Source of the DNA: Vulcanimicrobiota bacterium
GTDB lineage: Bacteria; Vulcanimicrobiota; Vulcanimicrobiia; Vulcanimicrobiales; Vulcanimicrobiaceae
Length of the DNA stretch: 64,000 nucleotides
Direction: 5' to 3'
Assembly (NCBI GenBank): GCA_963795855.1
Contig: CAWCIZ010000004.1
Coordinates: 32,001-96,000 of the forward strand
Positions 45,465-57,922 of the stretch are shown here, one piece after another (the first letter of the stretch is position 1; the number at the start of each line of letters is the position of its first letter). Under the pieces are notes generated by a model, which made no database searches, was not told where the DNA came from, and was given only the letters and a program-made list of their open reading frames with translations. Both the position numbers and the translations under genes were made by a program.

Positions 45465-48400
45465 ATGGCGATTTTTCGGCGCGTCCGGGCCCGAGTGGCT
45501 TGCGCATTTCTCATTGCGGCGATGCTCGGGGCGCAGTGCGCGGTCGCGCTTGCCGGCACGACGGGCTCCCTGAACGGCACCGTGACCGACGCGCAGTCGC
45601 ATTCACCGATTGCGAACGCGCGCGTGACCGTCAGCAGCCCATCGCAAACGGCGGTCGCCACCACGGACGCCGCGGGACGCTTCGTGTTCCTCTCGCTCAG
45701 TCCGGACACGTACACGGCGTCCATCGCGAAGGACGGCTACGAGCCGGTCTCCATTGCGGGCGTCAGCGTCTTCGCCGATCAAGCGCAGAGCTTGCCCATT
45801 GCGATTACCAAAAGTTTGAAGACGATCGCGTCGGTGACGAGCCGATCGTCGATAAGCCCGGTGAAACCCGGCACGACGACGGACGTGTACTCCGTCAATC
45901 CGGCGCTCGCGCAAGCCGCTGCCGCAATCGGCGGCGGGGGCGGTCTGAACAATGCGTACTCCGCCATCGCGGCGATGCCCGGCGCATTCGTTCCCAACGG
46001 GCAGATGGGCGTGAACCAGACGGTCTACATCCGCGGCGGATATTACGACCAGATCGGTTACGAGTATGACGGCGTGCCGATGAACCGCTCGTTCGACAAT
46101 TATCCCGCGCATTCGGCGTCTACGATGGGCCAGCAAGAACTGCAGATCTACACCGGCGGCGGACCGGCGAGCGCGAACGCGACCGGTCTGGCCGGGTTCA
46201 TCAACCAAGTCGTGAAGACCGGAACGTATCCCGGCTATGGAAACGTCTCCGGGCGCATCGGCTCGCCGGCATTTTACCACGATCTCTCGGTCGAGGCGGG
46301 CGGAGCAAACCCGAGCCGCACGTTTTCGTACTACGCCGGAGTGAGTGGGTTCAATCAGGATTTTCGCTACCTCACCAACGACAACGGCGCTTCGGTTGCC
46401 AACATGTTTCCCGCAGCGTATCCGAGCAACATCACGACGAACCTGTCGTTTTGGCCCGCGGTGTATCCGACGTGCAACAATAACAACCCCAATCAGCTCT
46501 ACTTCAACCCCGTCGCTAATCCGAACAATCAGCTGATTTGGCAGGATCCCGGATGTTTCGCGTTTCTCGGCCCTCAGATCGACAACCCGTCTTCGATTTA
46601 CGGCCGCGAAGTCGTCGCGAATCTGCATTTCGCGATTCCGCACAAATCCGACGCTGGACGCGACGACCTGCAACTGCTCTTCACGAATTCTGCGCAGCTG
46701 CGCCAGTACTACAGCAGCCCGAACGACGTTTCGCCGTTCATGAACACGCTCGCGAACGTGCCGCCGGGCGACTCGTCCGGCTACGGTCCGGCAGGTCCAT
46801 ATTTGTATCCGGCTCCGATGTGGCCCGACTATTACACCCTGCCGTCTAGCGCGTCATTTCTGCAGCCCGCAAACGTGCCGGTCCTCGGCTACGCGTTTCC
46901 GGGTTCGCCCACCGATCGCTGTTATAATACCGATTGGATCGCGGGGCAAGATAGCGCCGCGCCGGCCCCGATCGTCGTGCCGAACCAGTGCGCGCCCGGT
47001 TCATATTCGTCGCTTCCGAACGATTATCGCGACGGCCGCTGGGATCAGGCGAGCATCGTGAAAGTGCAGTACCAGAAAAACATGGGTTCTCGCGCTTTCT
47101 TACGCCTCTTCGGCTACACGTTCTATTCGAACACCAACCGCAGCGGCGCCGCGCAGCAAGGCATCACGGGTCAGTACGGCAGCATGAACGTGGGCGCCAC
47201 GAACTACGATTACGAAGTCGACGCGCACACGCGAGGGGTGCAGCTGCAGTTCGCGGACCAGTTAACCGACACGAATCAGATCCTCGCGACGGCGAACTAC
47301 GTTACTTCCACGACGCTGCGCTATTACAATTTCAACAATTACAACGTCGGCGGCGCGCCGACCAACGACTATACCGGATCCGGCGGCCAAATGGTGAGCA
47401 ACCTCACCAACGGCACGCAGTGTTTCGCCGGGTACGACGGCTTGGGCGCGAACGGCGTCGACAGTCTACACCGCCGGAGATCTCGCGCCGTGCAACGATC
47501 CAATTACCCAAGGGTCTTTCAGCGACATGACCGGCAACTCCGACTTCGGTAATCCGCAGAACCAGAGACTGCGCCGGCGGTCCGAACGATCCGATTCCGG
47601 CTCCCGCATGCGCATCGGGCGCGTCGTGGCGGCTGACGTATTTGGGGAATCAAGCGTCGATCAACAGCATCACCCCGAAACTCGCGAACTTCTCGCTGAC
47701 CGACGAGTGGAAGCCGAACGACAACCTCGACATCAGCGCAAGCGCGCGCTTCGACCGCGACGAATTCGACTTGACGCCGGTTTCGAACGATCCGGGCAAG
47801 AATTTTTGGTACGCCGCGGCGCGGAACGAGTATTGTTACAATCCGCAGACGCTGCAGCCGGTCATCATTCCGCAGGCGCCGCAATACCTGCGCGACGTAA
47901 CGCCGTACGTCTCGTTCAACTGCCCGCTCGATCCGAACTCCGGCGTCCAGACCGTGCATCCGGACGGCCTGAACGGTCACATCCTGCTCACGGACGCGTT
48001 CAGTCCGACGTACGTTCAGTCGTATTTCTCGCCCCGCCTTGGGCTCACGTACACGATCGATCCCAATACCGTGCTTCGGTTCTCGGCGGGCCGCTACGCG
48101 CAGGAACCCCAAGACTACGAGATCGAGTACAACAGCCTCGAGCCGAATCTCGCGGCGCAGCTCATCGGCTTCTTGCCGTTCGGATTCAATACGCCGTTCC
48201 ATGGCGCGCAGGCGCAGTTCTCGAACAACTACGACTTTTCGTACGAGCACCAATTCAAAGGCACGGACGTCGGCGTGAAACTCACGCCCTACTACCGCTA
48301 TGCCACGCAGCAGCTCTACGAAACCGTGAGCATACCGACGTTGTTCGGAGTCTCGCCATCCTTCAATTCGGGAACCGAACGCACGTACGGCGTGGAACTG

Positions 48401-49357
48401 CAACTGACGAAGGGCGATTTCAACAAGAACGGGCTGGCCGGCGTCCTTTCGTATACGTACACCAACTCGAAAGAGATGTGGGCGAATTACGCCGGAACGC
48501 CGATCAACCCGGTAGACCCGTATAATCAGGACATCCAAAACTTCAACGCGATGACGAAGGCGGGCGGCGGTTCGCCGTGTTACGCGAACGATCGCAGCGG
48601 CACCGGGACGGACTGCAGCGGTTCCTCCGACATTCTCAATCCCTACTACAACATGACGCCTCAGCCGCTGCTCGACAAATCCGGCTGGTACGACAGCGGC
48701 TTGGACTATCCGTACATTTCTCCCAACGTCTTCGCGCTCGTGCTCAATTACAAACGTGACAAGTTCGCGATCACGCCCGTCTTTACGCTGAATCAGGGCG
48801 CGACGTACGGAACGCCGTCGGACTTCCAAGGTTTGGATCCGCGCACGTGCAAACGCAATCAAGGTGCGGAAGGCATCCCGGACGCCGCAAATCCGCAGAC
48901 CGCCGACTATACCTCGTGCAAGGCGGCGGCAATCGGCGCGAGCGGAACGAGTCCGGGACACTTGTACATCCCGAATCCATACACCGGGTCGTTCGATTCG
49001 TTCGGCCAGTTCCGGCAGCCGTGGCAGTTCAACATGGGTCTGCAGCTGCGGTACGACTTCAGCCCGCGTGTGACCGGCAACGTCATGATCGCCAATCTCG
49101 TGAACCGTTGCTTCGGCGGTTCGAGCGAACCGTGGACGAAGGTCTACGCGCCGAGCAGCACGGTCTGCGGTTACTCGTACAACAAGTTCTACATCAGCAA
49201 TTACTACAACGGGAGCAGCCCGAACGACACCGCCGCCAACGGCGTGCCGCTCAACACGTACTTCTCCGTTCCGTTCGCGCCGGCTTACGGCGACGTAAAC
49301 TCGTACAATCTGCCGCTGCCGCTGCAAGTCTACTTCCAGTTGCAAGTGCGGTTGTAA
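45465..49357 (+). CDS. TonB-dependent receptor with carboxypeptidase-regulatory-like N-terminal domain (frameshifts in 47460-47640)
   Basis: Signal peptide; GTTGSLNGTVTD...TTDAAGRF; YIRGG...YEYDGVP; GFINQVVKTG; SPRLGLTY; C-terminal YFQLQVRL. Confidence 0.88.
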
Positions 49358-52247
49358 ATGCGCTTGGCGGCGATCCTCGCGTGCGCCGTTCTCCTGGCGG
49401 GGAACGGCGCCGGAGCGGCGCATGCCGCGAACCTCGGTAATCTGGAATTTCGTTCGGTCGGTCCGGCAATTTCAGGGGGGCGTATAGGCGACGTAGCGGG
49501 GACGGATCGCGATCCGCTTCTCTACTACGCGGGAGACTGCGGGCGGCGGCGTCTGGAAGTCGGTCGACGGCGGGAATCACTGGAGTCCCGTTTTCGACGC
49601 ACAGGACGTCGCTCCGATCGGCGCGGTCGCGATCGACCCGTCGAACACGCAAATCGTTTGGGCGGGCACGGGCGAAGCGGCGCCGCGCAACGACGTCTCA
49701 TACGGCAACGGCTTGTACAAGACAGTCGACGGCGGCGCGCACTGGACGCGCGTCGGACTCATCGGAACCTCGCAAATCTCGCGCATCGTCGTCGATCCGC
49801 AGGACGGCAATCACGTTCTCGTGGCGGCGCTCGGCGATCCCTTCAAAGCATCGCAAGACCGCGGCGTATACGAAACGCTCGACGGCGGCAAGTCGTGGAA
49901 GCGCTCGTTGTTCATCGGGACGTCGACGGGTGCGTCCGATCTCGCCGTCGACCTCGCCGATCCGAAGATCGTCTATGCCGGCATGTGGCAAGTCGTTCGC
50001 ACGAACTGGGGAATTTGGAGCGGCGGCGCGCACGACGGCCTGTACCGCTCCGCCGATGGCGGCGCAACATGGACGGAGCTGACCGGACACGGGTTGCCGG
50101 GCGGCGAGCTCGGCCGCATCGGCCTCGCGCTCAGCCGCGACGGGCAGCACGTCTACGCAATCATTCAATCTTCGCACGGGTTGCTGTGGCGGAGCGACGA
50201 CGCCGGCGCGAACTGGCGTTTCGTTAGCGCAAACAGCATCATCGACGAGCGCCCGTTTTATTTCAGCCGGCTCGCAATCGACCCGGCGAACGCCAATCAC
50301 GCGTTCGCGTTGTCGGTCGACATTGCCGAGACTCGCGACGGCGGCGCAACGTGGCATGCCGTCGGGCGCAATCTCGGCAGCGACCATCACGCCATGTGGA
50401 TCTCGCAGGACGGCCGCCGCATCATTCAAGGCGGCGACAAGGGCGTGGCGTTTTCGTTCGACAGCGGCGCATTGTGGGAGCGCGTCGACGTGCTGCCGAT
50501 TTCGCAGGCCTATCACGTGGGCTACGATCGCGCGTCGCCTTATACGTTATGCGCAGCACTGCAGGACGACGGAACGTGGTGCGCGCGCGGCAACGACGAG
50601 TGGCAGAAGATTTCCGGCGGCGACGGAACGTGGGTGTGGCCCGACCCGATCGACCGTAACTTGATTTGGTATTCCAGCGGGGGCGGAAACAACGGCGGCG
50701 ATTTGTGGCTGTTCGATTTGCGAACGCACACCGACTCGGCGATCTCCCCATACCTGCGCGATCAAAACGTCGTGCCGCCCGCGCAGCTTCGTTACCGTTT
50801 CAACTGGGAATCGCCGCTCGCGTTCGACCCGTTCGATCCGCATATCGCGTATTATGGCGGCAACGTCGTGTTCCGCTCGACGGATCGGGGAGCAAATTGG
50901 CGCGTCATGAGCCCGGATCTGACGCGCAACATCAAAGCGCATCAGCAGATAACCGGGGGAATCACGAACGAAGGCACGGGAGCCGAAACCTCCGATACGA
51001 TTCTGGCGCTTTCGCCCTCGCGCGTTCGCCGTTCGGAGATTTGGGCCGGCACCGACGACGGCGTCGTGCAGCTCACGCTTGACGGCGGCGCGCGCTGGAA
51101 AGCCGTGACGATCCCTGGTTTGGACGATCGCGCCCGCGTGGAGAGCATCGACCCATCGCCGTTTTCTGCGGCCGTTGCTTACGCCAGCGTGGATCGTCAT
51201 TACGCCGGCGATCGCACGCCGTACGTGTATGTAACAAACGACTACGGGGCGCATTGGCGGTCCATTGCCGCGAATCTTCCGCGCGACCAGTTCGTGCGCG
51301 TGATCCGGCAAGACCCGAAGAATTCGCGACTGCTCTATGCCGGGTTGGAACAGAGTTTTTGGGTTTCGTGGAACGGCGGCGGACATTGGACGCAAATCTC
51401 GGCGGGATTGCCGGCGGCTTCGGTGCGCGACGTGCGCGTGCAGCCGGATACCGACGATCTGCTCGTCGCAACGCACGGGCGCGGCGTCTACGTGCTCGAC
51501 GACGCTAGTCCGCTTCAACATCTCTCCGGTTTCGCCGAGCCGTCGCTGTTGCGGCCGCGCACCGCGTACCTTTCGGCCGACGACGCCGTACCGATAACGG
51601 CATACTTCCCGGCGCGGCCCCTTCGCACGCCCACACTTACAATCGTGGACCGGATGGGAAACGCCGTGCGCCATTTGCAGTTCGACCAGAAAGCCGGTTT
51701 GCAGCGGGTGTGGTGGCATCTGTGCGACGATCCGCCGGTTCCCTGGACGAGCGCTCCCGAGTGGAACCGAACGGAAGACTGCGGCCCGTTCGCGGAGCCC
51801 GGCACGTACGAGCTCGTCGCGCACGTCGGCGGGCGCACGCTGCGTCAATACGTAATTGTGCGCGCACCGCCGGAGAACAGCTCGAATTCCGCGGGTATAG
51901 CCGCGCGGCACGCATTGGCGGTTCGCCTGTTTGCGATCTATAGCGGGATCGACGCCGAACTCAACGCGCTCGACGCGATGCGCGCGCACGCGCCGGCCGC
52001 CGGTGCTCTGAGATCGCGAATCGACGCATTGGAAACCGCGCTCAGTATCGATCCCCAAAATTCGCAGGACGACGACTTCTTGGAAGACATGCTGCGCGAG
52101 CGCGTGCAGGCTCTCATCGGGACGCTCGAGGGCAGCTATGCCCGGCCCACGGCCGCGCAGTACGCGCAGGCGAATGCGATTGCATCCGAATACGAGCGCT
52201 TGAGAGCGCGGTTCGAGAAGGTGCGCGGTGCGATCGCCGGATTATGA
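49358..52247 (+). CDS. VPS10/sortilin-like BNR-repeat protein (frameshift near 49535)
   Basis: FRSVGPAISGGRI; repeated S/T-x-D-G-G-x-x-W Asp-boxes; RYRFNWESP; DLLVATHGRG. Confidence 0.88.
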
Positions 52248-53757
52248 CGCCGTCGTTATCGGCGGCGGGCATAACGGGCTGGCGTGTGCGGCGCTCTTGG
52301 CGAAGCAGCAGTTTTCGGTCGCGCTGTTCGAAAGCGGCGAGCGCGTCGGCGGTGCGGCAATCAGCGAATCGCCGTGGAGCGGCTACACCGTTTCGTCCGC
52401 CTCGTACGTTTGCACGCTGCTCGATCCGTGGCTGATTCGCGAGTTGGAACTGGAGAGGTTCGGTTATAGCGCCTATCGCAAAGATCCGGCAACGTTCAAC
52501 GTGCTCGGCGACGGACGATCGTTGCTGCTCGGCGCGGACGAGGAGGCGAACGCGCGAGAGATAGCCGCGTTCGATCGTCAAGACGTCGCCGGATTCCTGG
52601 AACTGGACCGGGTGATTCGGACGCTCGGAAGCGAGCTGTTCGAAACGTTTTCGGACGAGCATCCCCGATTTGCATCGCTGCCCAGCGTATCGCGCCGCAT
52701 TTTGTGCGGAAGCGCCGCCGAATTGGTCGAGCGGTACGTGAACACGCCGGTATTGCAGGCCGCAGTGGCGACGGACGGGATCATCGGAACGGATGCCGGA
52801 CCCCGTTCTGCCGGAACGGCGTATGTGCTCGCGCACCATTATGCGGGCCGCGCATTGGGAACGCAGGGCGCGTGGGGGTTCGTGCCCGGCGGAATGGGCG
52901 CGATATCGTCGGCACTCTGCTTGGCGGCGCGTTCGCACGGCGCGCACGTCGAAACCTCGCGGCCGGTGTCGCGCATCATCGTAAACGACGGCGAAGCGAA
53001 AGGCGTCGTGCTTGCAGACGGCCGCGAGGTGCGCGCGCGGGCGGTCATCTCGAATGCGCATCCTCGCACGACCTTCGCGAAGCTCGCCGGTGAAGCGCAT
53101 TTCGATGCGGCGTTTCGCGAAAAGCTTCGCCGGTGGAGGACGACGGGAACGTCGTTCAAGCTCAATCTGGCGCTCGGCGAGCTGCCGAACTTCAAGTGCC
53201 GGCCCGGCACGCGCGCGCAGTCCCATCACCGAGCCACCATTCATCTTGCGCCGTCGCTCGACTACCTGCAAGAGGCGTACGAAGACGCGCGCGCCGGTGA
53301 AATGTCGAAGCAGCCGATGCTCGAGTGTTTTATGCAGACGCCGACGGATCCGTCGCTGGCGCCTGCGGGCAAGCACATTCTTTCGATTTTTGCGCAGTAC
53401 TATCCGTACGATCTCAAAGACGGCTGGACGAGCGCGCAGCGCGAAGCCGCCGCAGACCGCATCGTGTACCTGCTCGGACAATACGCGCCCAACGTTCCGC
53501 GCGCCATCGAAGCGCGTCAAATTCTCAGCCCCGTCGATCTCGAGTCGCATTTCGGTCTAGTGGGTGGACATATTTTTCACGGAGATTTACTGCCGGGGCA
53601 AATCTATGAAGATCGCTTCGCTACCGTAACGCCGCTGCGAAATCTCTATCTGTGCGGATCGGGAGCGCATCCCGGCGGATGCGTGAGCGGCTTTCCCGGA
53701 AAGCGCGCGGCGAATGCGGTCGCCGCCGGGCTTCGCGAGACGGCCGCGCACGGATGA
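52228..53757 (+). CDS. Phytoene dehydrogenase-like FAD oxidoreductase
   Basis: IGGGHNGLACAA, GGMGAIS, SPVDLE..FGL.GGHIFHG, LYLCGSGAHPGGCVSG.PG. Confidence 0.9.
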   Translation: MRSPDYDAVVIGGGHNGLACAALLAKQQFSVALFESGERVGGAAISESPWSGYTVSSASYVCTLLDPWLIRELELERFGYSAYRKDPATFNVLGDGRSLLLGADEEANAREIAAFDRQDVAGFLELDRVIRTLGSELFETFSDEHPRFASLPSVSRRILCGSAAELVERYVNTPVLQAAVATDGIIGTDAGPRSAGTAYVLAHHYAGRALGTQGAWGFVPGGMGAISSALCLAARSHGAHVETSRPVSRIIVNDGEAKGVVLADGREVRARAVISNAHPRTTFAKLAGEAHFDAAFREKLRRWRTTGTSFKLNLALGELPNFKCRPGTRAQSHHRATIHLAPSLDYLQEAYEDARAGEMSKQPMLECFMQTPTDPSLAPAGKHILSIFAQYYPYDLKDGWTSAQREAAADRIVYLLGQYAPNVPRAIEARQILSPVDLESHFGLVGGHIFHGDLLPGQIYEDRFATVTPLRNLYLCGSGAHPGGCVSGFPGKRAANAVAAGLRETAAHG

Positions 53758-55701
53758 ACCGCGTGATTCCGGCGCTCCTGGCGCTTGCGTTGCTTCTGGG
53801 CGCTGCGCCGCAGCAGCGCTTTTCAATCGATGCCATGCAGCGCATCGTCGATCTGTCGTCGGCCGTCATCTCGCCCGACGGCGCGCGCGTTGCTTTCGTC
53901 GAGTCCCGCGTGGATACGGATCGAAACCGGTACGACGACAGCCTTGTCGTCTACGATCGCGCGACGGGCCGCATGCAAACGGTTTCGCAAGGTCACGACA
54001 CGGTCGATTCCGTCGCATGGTCGCCCGACGGCTCCGCCTTGGCGGCAGTCATGAACGACGCCGCTTCGGGCGCGGATCAGCTGTACGCGATCGATCTCGC
54101 TGCCGGATCGTCACGTCAACTGACCAACGGTAAAGCGGACGTCGATCAAATCGCGTGGTCGCCGAACGGTAGCGAAATCGCCTTTTCGCGCCCGCGCTAC
54201 GTACCGCCGAAACAAGGCGCCGCTGCGTTCCGCGATGCGTTCCGTGTAAGCGACAATGCGTATTTGGTAACGAAAGCGCCGCAACCGGTCGATCTGTTCC
54301 TCGTCAGCCTCGGCGGAGCCGAGCACCGCGTCTTCACAGGTCCAGGCAGTGTAGCCGATTCGCCGCTCTCGTGGTCACCGGATTCGACGCGCATACTTTA
54401 CGAACTGGCGCCGAGCGGTGTGTACGGCATTCAAGATCGCGCGGTGCTGCGTCAGCTCGATTTGCGTACCGGAAAAATTTCGGCGCCGACGCCCGCGCGC
54501 GCGTACCAGGACAACGGGTTGTTTTCGCCCGACGGCAAACGCGTCGCGTACCGGTATAATCGAGGCGGCGATCCGGTCAACGAGCCGGAAGCATACGTTG
54601 ACGGAGAAGACGTCTCGCGCGCGCTCGACCTGCATGTTGAAACGTTCTCGTGGATGCCGGGAAGCACGGCGCTGCTGCTGCAAGTCTACGAACGAGCCGC
54701 CGCTCCGCTTTACGTCCAGCCGCTGCGCGGGACCGCGCGCCGCCTCTCGCTGGGGGCCGTCGTCTCCGCGTCGATTCAGTCCGCGGGCAGCGTCGCGCGT
54801 GACGGCACGATCGCGTTCATCGGCGAAGAAGCAGGGCGCCCGAGCGAAGTGTACGTGCTGCCGCCGAACGCGGCGCGGCCGCAACGGCTCACGAATCTCA
54901 ACGCCGCAATCGCCGCGCTCGAACTCGGCCGTACCGCACGCATCTCGTGGCGCTTCGACGGCCGAAGTGAAGACGGCGTGCTCACCTATCCGCCCGGCTT
55001 CGTTCGGGGACGCAAGTATCCGCTCGTCCTGCGGATTCACGGCGGTCCGACGCTCTCGTCCATGACGGCGTTCGATCCGTTTTATCAGCTGGCCGCCGCG
55101 CGCGGATACGTCGTCTTCGCTCCGAATTACCGCGGCAGCAACGATCTCGGAAACGCATATGAACGCGCGATTTTCAACGATGCAAGCATCGGGCCGGGAC
55201 GCGACGTCATGGCCGGCATTCGCGCGGTCGAAGCACTGGGCATGGTCGACGAATCGCGGATCGGCGTGTCGGGATGGTCTTACGGCGGCCAGCTCGACGT
55301 CCTGGATGGAGTCGCAGTATCACATCTGGAAAGCGGCGGTCGCGGGCGCCGCGGTGAACGATCTGGTCGTGGATTACGCCATCGCCGACGACATCGACGC
55401 CGACCGTATTGCCTTCGCCAGCGGATCGCCGTATAAAGCCAACGCGCTGGAGACCTGGCGCAAACATTCGCCGATCACGTATTTCGCACAGATCCGCACG
55501 CCGACGCTTATCCTTTGCAACGTCTACGACGTTCGCGTGCCCATCGTCGAGTCGTACGAAATGTATCACGCTTTGCGCGACAACGGCGTTCCCGTCGAAT
55601 TTTACGCATACCCGAGCACGGGTCATCTGCCGCATGGGCCCGTGCGGCTGGCCGACGCGTATTCAAAGTGGCTGGGGTGGTTCGATCGCTATTTAAAATG
55701 A
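53754..55701 (+). CDS. Secreted S9 family peptidase (frameshift near 55295)
   Basis: Signal peptide; WSPDG propeller repeats; IHGGP; GWSYGG (Ser), DVRVP (Asp), STGH (His). Confidence 0.92.
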
Positions 55702-55711
55702 GGAGTCCTGA

Positions 55712-56740
55712 ATGATAGCAGGCGTCTTACTCGCCGCGCTTTGCAACCCGGTGTTTTTCAAGCCCGCCGGCAGCGCGGTGCATTCGCGTCTGCAAGGCGG
55801 CCCTGCACTCGTGCTTTCGGGCGGCGGCCTGATGGAGATGCCGTACGATCGCGTCTTTCACTGGATGCGGTCGCATGTCGACGCTCCCAGCGGCGTGCGA
55901 GCGGGTAATTTAGTGATTCTGAAAGCATCGGGCGGCAGAATCTACAGCGACGCATTCTATCGTGCCGGCCGCTTCGCATCGGTGCGTGAGATAGTGATAC
56001 CGCCGTGCGCGTCCAGGCGCGGGGTCGACAGCGTCGCGCCGTATGTCGACGCCGCCGACGCGGTGCTCTTTTCAGGAGGCGATCAAGCGCACTACGCCGC
56101 GTGGAAAGGAAGCGCGCTCATCGCAGCCGTTCGGCGCGTCTACTCGCGCGGCGGCATCGTCGGCGGCGGAAGCGCGGGGTTGGCGATACAAGGTGAGGTC
56201 GTTTTCGATTCGGTGGCGGCCGATCGCGTATTGCCGGATGACGAAGACGTGGCGACGCCTGATGCGGTGCGCAATCCGTACGAACGCGCGATCAGTTTTA
56301 CGACGGGTTACTTTGCGTGGCCGCCGCTAGCCGGCGCGATAACGGATACGCATTTCGCGCGCCGCAACAGGTTCGGACGTCTGGCCGCGTTCATGGCGCG
56401 CGCGCTGCACGATCGGCTCGTAACGGGGCGACGGGTCTACGGCGTTGCGGTCGATGAAGGCGCCGCTTTGCTGGTCGATTCGAACGGCATGGCGACGCTC
56501 CTCGAACGCGCGCGCGAGTCCGACGGGTACGTGCCGGCGGGCGCTTACGTTCTCGAAGGAGGCGCGGCGCAGCGCATCGCCGCAGGCCTACCGCTGCTGT
56601 ACACCGTCAACGTTACGCATCTCTCGCGCGCGGGCGCGCGGTACGATCTGCTGCGCAAACGCGGCGACGGTTCGCATTACCGCGTGACCGTCAACGGCGC
56701 ATCGTCGCGCATGTATTCCCGCAACCCTTACCGCTCCTGA
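55712..56740 (+). CDS. Cyanophycinase-like peptidase (family S51), probably exported
   Basis: FSGGDQ, GGGSAG (Ser), TDTHFARRNRFGRL (His), AVDEG (Glu). Confidence 0.88.
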   Translation: MIAGVLLAALCNPVFFKPAGSAVHSRLQGGPALVLSGGGLMEMPYDRVFHWMRSHVDAPSGVRAGNLVILKASGGRIYSDAFYRAGRFASVREIVIPPCASRRGVDSVAPYVDAADAVLFSGGDQAHYAAWKGSALIAAVRRVYSRGGIVGGGSAGLAIQGEVVFDSVAADRVLPDDEDVATPDAVRNPYERAISFTTGYFAWPPLAGAITDTHFARRNRFGRLAAFMARALHDRLVTGRRVYGVAVDEGAALLVDSNGMATLLERARESDGYVPAGAYVLEGGAAQRIAAGLPLLYTVNVTHLSRAGARYDLLRKRGDGSHYRVTVNGASSRMYSRNPYRS

Positions 56741-57432
56741 TCCTCGGACGCGTCCTGAAGATCCGGGCGGCGCTCTCGCGTGCGCGCTCGCGACTGTTCG
56801 CGACGCCATGCGGCGATCGCCGCGTGGTTACCCGAAAGCAGAACGGATGGAACGGAAACGCCGCGAAACTCGGCGGGACGAGTGTAGCTCGGATAGTCGA
56901 GCGCTCCGAACGTGAACGATTCGTCGACGAGCGACTCCGCACGAACCGTGCCTTCGAGCAGCCGTACGGTCGCGTCGACAATCGCCAGCGCCGGGAGTTC
57001 GCCGCCCGTCAGGACGAAATCGCCGATCGAAAGCTCTTGCAAGGGATAGAGCTGACCGAGGCGGTCGTCGATCCCTTCGTAATGACCGCAGATGACGATG
57101 AGGCGGTCGAGCTCGACTGCGAACCGGCGCGCGTGCGCCTGCGTGAATCGTTCGCCGGCGGCTGCCGGCACGACGATGAGCCGCCGCTCCTCTTGCGGAG
57201 CTGCAGCGATGATTTCGTCGAGGATGCGCGCTATGGGCTCGATGCGCATGACCATGCCTGGACCGCCGCCAAAGGGCACGTCGTCGGCACGCTCGTTGCC
57301 GCGAAGCGCATTCAAGACGTGATGGTAACGGATCTCGACGATGCCGGCTTCGACCGCGCGCCCGACGATCGACAGCCCCACGAAGGGCGCGAAGACTTCC
57401 GGAAAAAGCGTGAGCACGTCGATCGTGAACAT
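56728..57432 (-). CDS. trmD: tRNA (guanine37-N1)-methyltransferase
   Basis: IDVLTLFPE, DDVPFGGGPGMVM, CGHYEGIDDR, SIGDFVLTGGELPA, YTRP, LLSGNH. Confidence 0.97.
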   Translation of the reverse strand: MFTIDVLTLFPEVFAPFVGLSIVGRAVEAGIVEIRYHHVLNALRGNERADDVPFGGGPGMVMRIEPIARILDEIIAAAPQEERRLIVVPAAAGERFTQAHARRFAVELDRLIVICGHYEGIDDRLGQLYPLQELSIGDFVLTGGELPALAIVDATVRLLEGTVRAESLVDESFTFGALDYPSYTRPAEFRGVSVPSVLLSGNHAAIAAWRREQSRARTRERRPDLQDASEDQER

Positions 57433-57440
57433 AAAGTGCA

Positions 57441-57919
57441 GTGTTCCGACGATTCCTCGCCCTTTTCCGCCCGGACCTCTACACGCCATTCGAATTGGCG
57501 CTGCGCGACATGGCGCAGCGCCGGTATGAGGACGCGCTGGCGAAGTTCGACGCGCTGCTCGCGGACGGCGGCCTTTCGGCGCCCGAACGGGGCGCCGCCG
57601 CAAATAAACGCGGCGTCGCGCTCGTCGAACTACAGCGCCGCGACGAGGCGCGGGCCGCATTTGAAAATGCGCTGCAAATCGTGCCGGCCTTCGCTCCGGC
57701 GCTCGTCAACATCGGCAACCTCGCACTTGGAAGCGGGCGAACCGGAGCGCGCGCGTGGAGTTCTACGAACGCGCGATTCGCAGCGACGAGGAATACGCGC
57801 CCGCACACCACAATCTCGGCGTCGCATATAAACGCATGGGAAAGACGGGCGAAGCCGTACGCGCGTTGCGACGCGCGCACCGGCTGGAGGGTCGAGTCGT
57901 GCGGAGGCAAAGGAAGTAA
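57441..57919 (+). CDS. TPR-repeat protein (frameshift near 57720-57755)
   Basis: ANKRGVALVEL...FAPALVNIGN then FYERAIRSDEEYAPAHHNLGVAYKRMGK...RQRK*. Confidence 0.8.
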
Positions 57920-57922
57920 CCC

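Noticed and set aside
52228..53757. Carotenoid biosynthesis (crtI)
   Set aside because: No phytoene synthase or cyclase nearby; motifs fit the broader phytoene-dehydrogenase-like family.
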